Below, in pieces: positions 29,746 to 37,630 of a stretch of 58,558 bases of DNA. A model generated the notes under the pieces. That model did not search any database, was not told the DNA's origin, and saw only the letters and a list, made by a program, of their open reading frames with translations. The DNA lies in IMG/VR virus record IMGVR_UViG_3300010403_000180, positions 1 to 58,558 of that record; one strand, given 5' to 3'. The position numbers and the translations under genes are program-made. Each line of letters begins with the position of its first letter. Within the stretch, counting starts at the first letter, position 1. Source of the stretch: a virus (lineage: Duplodnaviria; Caudoviricetes).

Positions 29746-30920
29746 TAAATGAATATTACTGCGTCCCCCCCTTCGTCAGTAAATGGTAATGATGCATATC
29801 TTCCTGCGTCCATGCCGTGGTCATTGACCTTGACTGGGTCGTCGGTAGATTTGCCGTCTTTTGTTTTCCATGAATAACTTTTTGCTTCCTTCTGTAAATT
29901 TATTGAATCCTTCGTTATATAAAACTTGTGGCTCTTAACATAATCAATGCCCGCCTTCACATCCTTGTCTGCCGATTCAATGCTGTACCCTGCCCGTTCA
30001 ATCGCCTCAATTCGGGCTGGCTCGGTGTCGGAGAATATCGTCGTTGACTTATCAATCCCCAGGCTATTCATTAGGTCAATTAAGTCATCATTGGTTAAGT
30101 GGCTCTGGTAAATATGTTCCTTCCAGTACAAGTCTTTGTCCTTCTCTCTGACTTCAATCAATGCGGTCGGGTTGTTAAAGCCAAAGTCTAAGCCGTAGTG
30201 CCTTCTGTCATACTTCTCTGGCAGTTCATTGACCAGCTCCCAGTGGGTGTAAATGTTGCTCTCGGCCAATCCTCTCTCGCCTAAGCCGTAAATCTTCCAG
30301 TAGTTTTGGTCTTTGTCTTTGTATCCTTCAATTTCATTAACAATGCTCTTGGGTAAAAATGGGTTGTCCTTATAGCTTGACCTGTGGATAATGCAGTCCT
30401 TCCTTGGCAATACCTCATCGTAAATCCAGTGGAACTGATAGCTGGGGTTGTAGTCCATAAAAATCATCTTGCTCGTTCGGAGTGCTAGCTGTCGGAAATC
30501 TTCAAGCTTGAATTCGTTTGCCTCGTTCATCCATAGGTAGTGTCTCTTTCGTGAGCGGACCTTCATCGGTTGGTCAACCGCTAAGAATTCTATCTGGCTT
30601 CCAGTCTTCGGATAGGTGAACGTGTGGGTGGCCTTATTGTGAAACTGCTCGTCGTATATTCCCATCTCGTCTAGCTGGGCAATCACATCCTTCATGGTGG
30701 TGGCTACTAAGGCGGGAAAAGTCTTTCTGGCTATCGTAATTAAAACGCCTTCTTCCTCTTGCAGAATATAGCAACATAGTTGAGCCAAGCTGATTGATTT
30801 ACTACTTCCCGTTCCGCCTTCCTCAACAATGATTTTATATTCTTTCTTCTGGTATTCTGCATAGGCTCGTCTAAATACCCTCGTTATCGGAATTTCTATT
30901 TCGTCGGTTGTTGAATTCAT
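29745..30920 (-). CDS. terL: Terminase large subunit (PBSX/SPP1-like)
   Basis: EGGTGSSKS Walker A, WMNEANE, DYNP, YKDNPFL, GLDFGF, NDHGMDAGRY. Confidence 0.93.
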   Translation of the reverse strand: MNSTTDEIEIPITRVFRRAYAEYQKKEYKIIVEEGGTGSSKSISLAQLCCYILQEEEGVLITIARKTFPALVATTMKDVIAQLDEMGIYDEQFHNKATHTFTYPKTGSQIEFLAVDQPMKVRSRKRHYLWMNEANEFKLEDFRQLALRTSKMIFMDYNPSYQFHWIYDEVLPRKDCIIHRSSYKDNPFLPKSIVNEIEGYKDKDQNYWKIYGLGERGLAESNIYTHWELVNELPEKYDRRHYGLDFGFNNPTALIEVREKDKDLYWKEHIYQSHLTNDDLIDLMNSLGIDKSTTIFSDTEPARIEAIERAGYSIESADKDVKAGIDYVKSHKFYITKDSINLQKEAKSYSWKTKDGKSTDDPVKVNDHGMDAGRYASLPFTDEGGDAVIFI

Positions 30921-31320
30921 TGGCTTGTTCTTCTGTTTCTACTAAGGTGAATTTCACCCTTGCGATGTCGCCGTCCTTTCCTTTGCCGATTTCAACACTG
31001 CCTTTCTTGGTAACTGGAACCTTTCTAAATTCGTTGTCCTTATGTTCAAGATACCATTTAGCCGTCATCAAGTCTCCCTTCTGAATTTCATCATAAACCA
31101 CGTCCTTTGACTTCATGTTCTGGGTCTTCTTAAAACCAGCTAAACGCCTCCGAAAGCCTTCATTTGCCTTTAAATAACGGAGGAGACCACTCTCTGAAAT
31201 CCTGCAATACGTTACAGTTTCTGTCAATGTATACCCCCTTGAATAGGCGTACTCTAAATCAGCCTTGACCTTGCTTATTTCCTTCCCATCAAACCATTGT
31301 CTTCCTCCTTTGTTTTTCAT
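30871..31320 (-). CDS. Terminase small subunit (putative)
   Basis: HTH-like N-terminus, AKWYLE motif; directly upstream of terL. Confidence 0.7.
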   Translation of the reverse strand: MKNKGGRQWFDGKEISKVKADLEYAYSRGYTLTETVTYCRISESGLLRYLKANEGFRRRLAGFKKTQNMKSKDVVYDEIQKGDLMTAKWYLEHKDNEFRKVPVTKKGSVEIGKGKDGDIARVKFTLVETEEQANEFNNRRNRNSDNEGI

Positions 31321-31322
31321 GG

Positions 31323-31787
31323 TTACATTTTCTTATGGCATTCAGCACATAGAGTTTTGTTGTGCTTAATTAAGTTTTGAAACAATTTGTTTTTTATCTC
31401 CGTTGATGAGATGCCCTTAAAGTAAGGAAGCACCACTACCTTACCGCCAATCTTTCTCATGTATTCACGTTCCTTGTCCTTGGTTTTATCCCACTCTTGA
31501 CAAATTACATAAGTGTTTACCTTATACTTCTTGAGTATAGCCAGTGGGCTCATCACATCCCGCTTCCCTACCCCGATTACTTTATCCACATACCGCAATC
31601 CCTCAATGGTTTTCTTTCTGAAATTGAATGGGATAACGGTCTCTTTATTCTTGTAAAACCTAATTGCTTCATCGGTGTTCACACCAACAATCAGATAACC
31701 AAAATCCTTTGCTCTTTTAATAGCTACCAGTTGTCCGTAGTGAAACATATCAAACGCTCCTTGGAAAAATACAATATTCTTTTTCAT
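31323..31787 (-). CDS. Cytidylyltransferase (TagD/RfaE-like)
   Basis: GAFDMFHYG, LIVGVNTD, YVDKVI, GISSTEI. Confidence 0.88.
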   Translation of the reverse strand: MKKNIVFFQGAFDMFHYGQLVAIKRAKDFGYLIVGVNTDEAIRFYKNKETVIPFNFRKKTIEGLRYVDKVIGVGKRDVMSPLAILKKYKVNTYVICQEWDKTKDKEREYMRKIGGKVVVLPYFKGISSTEIKNKLFQNLIKHNKTLCAECHKKM

Positions 31788-31790
31788 ATC

Positions 31791-31953
31791 AATAATGCCC
31801 TTAGTGCTAAAGTGCTATCGGATGGAATCCGCTAGGGGCGACCAGTCAAACACGTTCCCCTTACTGCCACCATCGCAACTAAGTGTGTTTAATTCTTCTC
31901 TTACCCAGAGCTACCAGGTTAAGCGACAGCACCCCAGCACCAAAGACACTATT
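31791..31953 (-). ncRNA. Putative structured RNA leader closed by a 30-bp helix
   Basis: 31953-31924 pairs with 31820-31791 at 30/30 positions (22 Watson-Crick, 8 G-U) only on the minus strand. Confidence 0.6.
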
Positions 31954-32405
31954 TTTTACTTTTAATAAATCTAATAAACAGCCGTCGGGTAAAAATCATC
32001 AATAGGATGTGCCTTAATGGTAAATCTTTAATCTTTACAAATATACCAGCACTGTCTCTGGGAAGGCTATCTGGGTCAACGTCAACGGTGAATTTAGTCC
32101 ACTGCAATTTCATTTTTCTTTGATTCAATAATTAAATTACTCTTGTGTCGTTTACGGCTCCAAGAACCATTGCCGTGAAGTTCTTTTCTCTTTTGACCCC
32201 GCCTTCTTGGGGTATGGAATTTATGTTTCATAATTTCGCCGTAGCGGGGTCGCCCTTCCGCCATTCTCCGCATGAGAACTACCGAGCTAGCGAGGCTTCG
32301 GTATTTTTCTTCTTACAATCTTCGCAATAGATATTCTTTTTGTTTGCCGTCCGATATCCATTGCCGCACATTTTGCAATTTGTTCTTTCCTTTTTCTTGC
32401 TCATG

Positions 32406-32732
32406 CTATCCGTGAACGTCATCAAAGGGCACCGTATAAACTACAGTTCCGATTTTTGTGTTATGCAACTCGTCCTCAATGATAACTTGTATCGCATTCA
32501 AGTTTGGAATTGTTTTTACCAAAAAGCTGATAATCATTTCTTCCGTCTCTAACTTTTGCAGGCATTCTCTTACCGTCTTAATTACGAATGCTCCGTCCTC
32601 AACCTTGTACTTGTTTTTAGTAATATCAATCCAAAGGCGAACAACCGTCTTCCCATGCTTCAATTCAATAGTTTTTTCTACGCAAGGATAATTCATGTGT
32701 TTATTATACCACCTTGTCAATATTTTATGCAA
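32406..32732 (-). CDS. Hypothetical protein
   Basis: ORF track; start probably the second Met. Confidence 0.55.
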   Translation of the reverse strand: MHKILTRWYNKHMNYPCVEKTIELKHGKTVVRLWIDITKNKYKVEDGAFVIKTVRECLQKLETEEMIISFLVKTIPNLNAIQVIIEDELHNTKIGTVVYTVPFDDVHG

Positions 32733-32749
32733 CCCCTTTTATGCACAAA

Positions 32750-32769
32750 GGGCTACCGTTTGGTAGCCC
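32750..32769 (-). terminator. Putative intrinsic terminator
   Basis: GGGCTACC-N4-GGTAGCCC stem followed by TTTGT on minus strand. Confidence 0.5.
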
Positions 32770-32963
32770 CCTGCTTTTGCTAGGTCGTTTTTTCTTTTAC
32801 GGCACCATTGCCACGAGACACCTTCTGAACCATCGTAAACATGGTCTCATCTTCCTTAACAGAATATACATCAAAGTTTTCATGGTCTAATAAATGTTTG
32901 TAAGATTCGGTATCCGAATCTTTTTCAACAATCAATTTTACTAAATATACTCTTGGCATGAAT

Positions 32964-33167
32964 TTATTTATTTAACTCTTTTTCTAATGTGGCAACCGCC
33001 TTCTTTGCTTCATTAAGCTGACGCATTTTTTTGTCGTAGTCAGCTAACCTTATTATGCAACCAGAAATGATTGAACGACCATACTTTTTTACCAATCTCT
33101 TAACCTCTGGCATGGCTTGTTCTCGCAACTGTTTTCCTTTTTCAATTTTGCCGATTTTTGTGTTCAT
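32964..33167 (-). CDS. Hypothetical protein
   Basis: 67-aa ORF. Confidence 0.55.
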   Translation of the reverse strand: MNTKIGKIEKGKQLREQAMPEVKRLVKKYGRSIISGCIIRLADYDKKMRQLNEAKKAVATLEKELNK

Positions 33168-33319
33168 GGTTTTTTATCTTAATTATTTTCTTTGGGTCTT
33201 CCCATCTTTTTATTTCCTCACAATAAACATAGTGCCGTGGAAGAATCAGATATTTACCCCATAGTTTGCCTCCACGCCAGTACGTTTCCATTAAAATTTG
33301 CTTGACTTCAAATGCCATG

Positions 33320-33571
33320 CTACCAAGTTTTAATCCGTTTATTTTGCCCGTCTCTGAATTCACCAGCAATGATGATTACAAAGTCAATGAAAGCCCATGG
33401 TGCCGATATGACCGCACCAAAGAAGGTAAGGGTCAGTATCAACTGAATAATTGCCGTTCCCGTCTTGCCAACGTAGAATCTGTGGATTCCTAAACCGCCT
33501 AGAAAGAATGCAAATAGCAATGCCGCTGTTCTTGATTTCTCTGAAATATCGTTTTGTAGATTATTTTCCAT
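33320..33571 (-). CDS. TM2-domain membrane protein
   Basis: KSRTAALLFAFFLGGLGIHRFYVGK..WAFIDF. Confidence 0.9.
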   Translation of the reverse strand: MENNLQNDISEKSRTAALLFAFFLGGLGIHRFYVGKTGTAIIQLILTLTFFGAVISAPWAFIDFVIIIAGEFRDGQNKRIKTW

Positions 33572-33758
33572 TTTTTTATCTCTTAATTTTTTTAACGCAT
33601 CCTGCCGACCTTTATTCCTTTCGTCTCTTTGCCGCAGTCATTACACCATGCCCGTTGGTTTTCATCCAAGTAAGCTGATGTCATCTTATTACAATGCTCG
33701 CAGTGGTGTTTATCCCAAGTGAATTTAACTCCAAACCTAGTTACGATTTCTCTGATAG

Positions 33759-33944
33759 TCATGGTTTTTTAAATACATCTTCTTCGCCCTTTGGCATTTT
33801 GTAATCTTTTTTCCACGTCCCGTGCCATTTCTTTTGGGCAGGGCAACACTCCGAACAAAGTGGATTATCAATCTGGCTCCAACTGCATAGGGTTAAAGCA
33901 GTATTCTCAATGGCTCCACATTCTCGGCATTTAAATAGTCCCAT
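33759..33944 (-). CDS. Small Cys-rich protein
   Basis: CRECG..ENTA..LCSEC..WHG. Confidence 0.6.
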   Translation of the reverse strand: MGLFKCRECGAIENTALTLCSWSQIDNPLCSECCPAQKKWHGTWKKDYKMPKGEEDVFKKP

Positions 33945-34152
33945 CTGATTTGTTTATCTTTATCTTTTTTGTTAATTCAAACGTAAGCATTTCGGAATCA
34001 ATAGCAAAGCCATTTGAAATCATATTTACGTTATAGCCAGCATCAGAGAATACCTTTACAAAGAAATCATCGTACTGGAAACCTGGTCCCGTTTCTTCCA
34101 AGACATCTTCATCTTCATCAGCAATAATCTCTAAGATAAACTTTGTTTTCAT
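33931..34152 (-). CDS. Hypothetical protein
   Basis: 73-aa ORF coupled to neighbours. Confidence 0.5.
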   Translation of the reverse strand: MKTKFILEIIADEDEDVLEETGPGFQYDDFFVKVFSDAGYNVNMISNGFAIDSEMLTFELTKKIKINKSDGTI

Positions 34153-34556
34153 TTTTTCTTTTGCTCCTTAGCTTTTTTCTTTAACCAGCCCCAATCGTAG
34201 CCTTGCTTGACTACCAATATTTTATCCTCTGGGTGCTGGCGGAAGTCCTTATCAAACACGATTTCAAAGAAGTCCCGTTTCAGTTTAAATTCCCTATCCT
34301 CCATGCCCTTGGCCTCAATGAATTCTCTGCTACCATCGGCTAATGTAGCCACGAAGTCTATCTTCCAAGTTTTCCACAGCTTGCCGTAAATTCTTAATTC
34401 AAGTGGCACTTGCCTTTGAATGTTTACAATCTCGCCAGCTTTTAAACGCATGTCTAAGTCATAGGCAACCCCAGCCTCAAATTTGCTGTCGTAGGTGATG
34501 CCGTTGAATTCCGTCTTCTTGGCGTTATATTTGTTTCGGTACTTCTGAATGTACAT
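34149..34556 (-). CDS. DUF1064-like PD-(D/E)XK endonuclease
   Basis: NKYNAKKT..GITYDSKFEA, IDF, IEAKG. Confidence 0.82.
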   Translation of the reverse strand: MYIQKYRNKYNAKKTEFNGITYDSKFEAGVAYDLDMRLKAGEIVNIQRQVPLELRIYGKLWKTWKIDFVATLADGSREFIEAKGMEDREFKLKRDFFEIVFDKDFRQHPEDKILVVKQGYDWGWLKKKAKEQKKK

Positions 34557-34980
34557 CCTTTTGAAGTTTAGTTAATTTTGACCTTGGAACGATATACAAG
34601 TCTACATTTTTTCCATAGACGGGTCTTACAGGAAATGTCTGCACCATGGCCGACCTGATATAATATTTCGTTTCAGCATCTTTCCCGAATGAAACCCAGA
34701 CAATTATGCCTTTGCTCGCCAATGCGTCAATGCGGTCTTTGTGAAGTCCAATTCCCCAATCGTCCTTTGCCCATCCGTACTCTACCCAGGCACCGTAATA
34801 AGGTTCGTGAATGTGGAAATAGTTTGCATCCTTCTCTCTGATATCAATATTTTTAAGTGGCTTATCACGTTTTGTTCCGCACTTTCCACATTGCCAGTAA
34901 ATTTTCCTGATGCTCCGCTTTACTTCGTAAAAGTAAGGCTCTTTGCAGAATGGACATGTATGCTCATTTTGGTTTTCCAT
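34525..34980 (-). CDS. Hypothetical protein with N-terminal Zn ribbon
   Basis: CPFC..CGKC. Confidence 0.55.
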   Translation of the reverse strand: MENQNEHTCPFCKEPYFYEVKRSIRKIYWQCGKCGTKRDKPLKNIDIREKDANYFHIHEPYYGAWVEYGWAKDDWGIGLHKDRIDALASKGIIVWVSFGKDAETKYYIRSAMVQTFPVRPVYGKNVDLYIVPRSKLTKLQKDVHSEVPKQI

Positions 34981-35344
34981 GTTGTTCTTCGTCCTCCTTA
35001 ATTCTAATTTGAAAAAGTAGTTCTTCTAGTGAAGGAAACGGCACCGTGAATCCCCAGTTTTCAGAAACGAACTTGTTGACCGCATCGTACACCTGCTCAA
35101 TTTCTTCCAGCTTTAATAGGTCTTTGGTGCTACGCTTGCCAAGCATCTGTTCCTGTACTGCCCGCCAGATGTATTCTTTCATTCCGTACTTTGTGGCTGG
35201 TGCGTCAAAGGTGGCTTTTGAAAGGATAACTTTCATTCCAATCCCCTCCTCGTTAAACGCTTTCGCAAGCTTCGTAAAATACAGATGCAGTGCTTTGTTC
35301 TGTTGGCGGGTTCTCTTTTGAATTTCTTTTTCTTCTTGGTTCAT
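34964..35344 (-). CDS. NinB/DUF1367-like protein
   Basis: RTRQQNKALHLY, STKDL, VPFPS. Confidence 0.6.
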   Translation of the reverse strand: MNQEEKEIQKRTRQQNKALHLYFTKLAKAFNEEGIGMKVILSKATFDAPATKYGMKEYIWRAVQEQMLGKRSTKDLLKLEEIEQVYDAVNKFVSENWGFTVPFPSLEELLFQIRIKEDEEQHGKPK

Positions 35345-35357
35345 GATTTGAAAAAAT

Positions 35358-35956
35358 AGCTTAGCCTAACATATCTCATCAGAGCGGTTCTTAACGTAAC
35401 CCGACAAAGCACGTCATATCCCGACTGAACCCATTATAGGATTTTTACATCCTATGCGAAGCCACCATGGGTGGCTCGTGCACAGAAGATAACGCAACAT
35501 AACAAAACGTAACGATTCCCGACCTAACCCAACAGAACAAATGCCAACTCGTCAAAACACAACACCGCTCATCCCGACATAACTCAACGTATATAGGATT
35601 TACATCCTATGCAAGAAACATATAAATGTTCCTCGCATAAAAAGTAAAATAACGAAACGGAACATGGCTTACCTTAACCCACTCTATCGCATCCGAACTC
35701 AACTTAACAAAACATATCGCACTAGGGTTTTTACCCTATCCCAATTCCCCTTAAAGAGAATTAGGGATAAAGCAGAACCTACCTCATCTCAACCAGTCCC
35801 TTCCCGTCATAACTCAACACGGTATAGCCTAGCTTAATCCTAATAGGACTTACGCCCTACCCCAATCTGCCGTAAAGCAGATTCGGGGCAAAGCACAACA
35901 ATTCTCGGCTGAACTCAACTCAACATAACTTGACAAGACTCAACGCAACGTATCCA
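35358..35956 (-). ncRNA. Array of five pentamer-periodic tracts (NN+GUU-like units) separated by four double hairpins; putative guide-RNA array
   Basis: Tracts 35358-35432 (15 units), 35491-35590 (20), 35651-35720 (14), 35771-35835 (13), 35892-35956 (13); 72/75 units have + strand C at position 3 and 36/75 begin AAC; linker stems need G-U pairs and carry GUAA loops on the minus strand. Confidence 0.85.
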
Positions 35957-35965
35957 AGAAAATTA

Positions 35966-36214
35966 CTACTTCACCTCTCTAATCGTTTTTATTTTGTCAG
36001 CCACGCCAGTCAATCTAAAATATCCAGTCTTGGTATGAAATGCCTTTATGTAGGCGTTCAAGAATCCGAGAGTCAGTTTCATATTCCTTGCTCTTTCATC
36101 ATCCATGGGCATTCTTGAATATGCATCGGCCGATACAATAATTGCATCAAGCAAATCCTTTGCTGGCACAACTAGGTCAAACTCTTTTAATGAACCAAAT
36201 GTTTCTTTTGCCAT
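35966..36214 (-). CDS. Hypothetical protein between RAMP gene and array
   Basis: 82 aa, starts 1 nt after RAMP stop. Confidence 0.65.
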   Translation of the reverse strand: MAKETFGSLKEFDLVVPAKDLLDAIIVSADAYSRMPMDDERARNMKLTLGFLNAYIKAFHTKTGYFRLTGVADKIKTIREVK

Positions 36215-36215
36215 G

Positions 36216-36746
36216 TTACTTTACAACTTTAAATTCTTTAACCTCAAACCGACCGTACCTTGGTCTCTTGTCTCCAATGCCGCAGTAGAGACCAGCATAC
36301 TCTAAGGCTTCTTTTACAACACGCTCTCCAATTCTATCGTCAATGACATCAATCTGAAAGGTGGCTTCCCACTTATCAAACCTTGGTCTTGCCCTCATAA
36401 TTCTAGCCCTTCCAACAACCTCTGGCTGTCTATCAATTTCGTACTTTGGGTACTTGTGCGGGATTAGTAATTGGTTGATGAATATCCCCCCCTTGAAAGC
36501 ATCCTTGTAGGTCTTTTTGCCTTCAAACTTGAAGTTCACAGAAGACTTAATCATGGCCGCTTCAAAGTGCTTTGCGGGAATACAGTTTTCCCCTTTCTCG
36601 TTTTTATACAATGCTGCTTCCGCATCTTTTTTCGCATCGTAATTCTTCTCTTTAAATTTCGTCCCGCCTTCTGGGTGCTGTTCATCTGGGAACCTGTGCT
36701 GTAATAATGGTGCAACTCCTACTACCGTCGCTTTAATTTTTAACAT
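36216..36746 (-). CDS. Stand-alone RAMP/Cas7-like RNA-binding protein
   Basis: N-terminal strand + PLL (IKATVVGVAPLLQH), CIPAKHFEAAM (IPxxxxKxA-like), RPRF..W..TFQI, C-terminal Gly loop GIGDKRPRYGRFEV. Confidence 0.75.
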   Translation of the reverse strand: MLKIKATVVGVAPLLQHRFPDEQHPEGGTKFKEKNYDAKKDAEAALYKNEKGENCIPAKHFEAAMIKSSVNFKFEGKKTYKDAFKGGIFINQLLIPHKYPKYEIDRQPEVVGRARIMRARPRFDKWEATFQIDVIDDRIGERVVKEALEYAGLYCGIGDKRPRYGRFEVKEFKVVK

Positions 36747-36788
36747 TTTAGTAAATTTATTTAATTCTATTAACCGTCTATGACTATT

Positions 36789-37055
36789 TTAGAATGGGTC
36801 GCTACCGCCGTCTTGGAGATTGTCTCCTTCTGGCTTCTGGCTCCGCTTCCATGTGTTTAATTTGCCGTACCACGTTCCTTTTTCCTTAGATTCTAGGATA
36901 TCAATGTTCACCCAGCCTTGTGAATTCTTGTTTGCCATTAAGAATTTAACAAAGCTTTCCACGTTGATTCCTAGTTTCCCCTTTACAAAGCTCGGTGTTT
37001 TTACCGTTGGCTTTTCAATTCTCAAACCCTCTGCGAATATTGTTTCTTCTGTCAT
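36789..37055 (-). CDS. Putative small ssDNA-binding protein
   Basis: Beta-rich, acidic tail ending DPF; in recombination cluster. Confidence 0.45.
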   Translation of the reverse strand: MTEETIFAEGLRIEKPTVKTPSFVKGKLGINVESFVKFLMANKNSQGWVNIDILESKEKGTWYGKLNTWKRSQKPEGDNLQDGGSDPF

Positions 37056-37059
37056 ATTT

Positions 37060-37245
37060 TTATATTGCGTTTACTTTTTTACAGAATGCACATTCAACGA
37101 GACTGTCATGGCAAGTGTAGAATTTTTCCCCAGTCGCATCTTCTACGCATACCATGTTTTCTCCACAGCCTTCACACTTAATTATTTCTTCAAATGTGCC
37201 TTCAACTATTTTGACTGGGTTTACTGGTTTTCTTTCATTGCTCAT
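37060..37245 (-). CDS. Small Cys-rich protein
   Basis: CEGC..CAFC. Confidence 0.5.
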   Translation of the reverse strand: MSNERKPVNPVKIVEGTFEEIIKCEGCGENMVCVEDATGEKFYTCHDSLVECAFCKKVNAI

Positions 37246-37249
37246 AGAA

Positions 37250-37630
37250 TTATTTTATTAACTCTGGGTTCTCGTGAATATTGCCGATGAATTCAATATA
37301 CTTTTCCGCCATTCCCGAAAGTTCATAAATGTTCGCTGCCGAATTTTTCACACACCAACCACCGTCTTCAAATCTTACCTCCATGTTCCAATCGTGAGCA
37401 CCAAAAGTATAATGCACAATATCCCCCTCGTAAATCTCCTTGCCGTTTTTGTCTTTGAGGCCAGTGAATTGCATCAGCTCAACATCTTCAAACACCTCCG
37501 TACTATACTGCCACTTGCCTTCTTTCATTCCACTAATTTTCATTACACTGCCGTCGGGGTGAATTCTGAAATCCCCAAGCCAACTTTTTATAGTTTTATC
37601 CCATGCTCTAAATTTGAATGTTCTGGTCAT
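37250..37630 (-). CDS. YopX family protein
   Basis: KFRAWD, LMQFTGLKDKNGKEIYEGDIV, IGNIHENPEL. Confidence 0.93.
   Translation of the reverse strand: MTRTFKFRAWDKTIKSWLGDFRIHPDGSVMKISGMKEGKWQYSTEVFEDVELMQFTGLKDKNGKEIYEGDIVHYTFGAHDWNMEVRFEDGGWCVKNSAANIYELSGMAEKYIEFIGNIHENPELIK

Noticed and set aside
31821-31923. Possible tRNA in GC-richer intergenic DNA
   Set aside because: No T-loop GTTCRA, cloverleaf or CCA end recognisable here or in other gaps.
35358-35956. Canonical CRISPR array
   Set aside because: No identical 23-47 nt direct repeats with unique spacers, and no cas1/cas2; the periodicity is 5 nt inside the tracts.
35491-35956. DGR template repeat (AAC-rich)
   Set aside because: AAC recurs every 5 nt, not in codon register; no reverse transcriptase or matching variable repeat seen.
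35358-35956. Simple microsatellite or slippage repeat
   Set aside because: Two positions per unit are highly variable while one is nearly fixed, tracts are bounded by covarying hairpins, and one tract decodes to a known protein motif.
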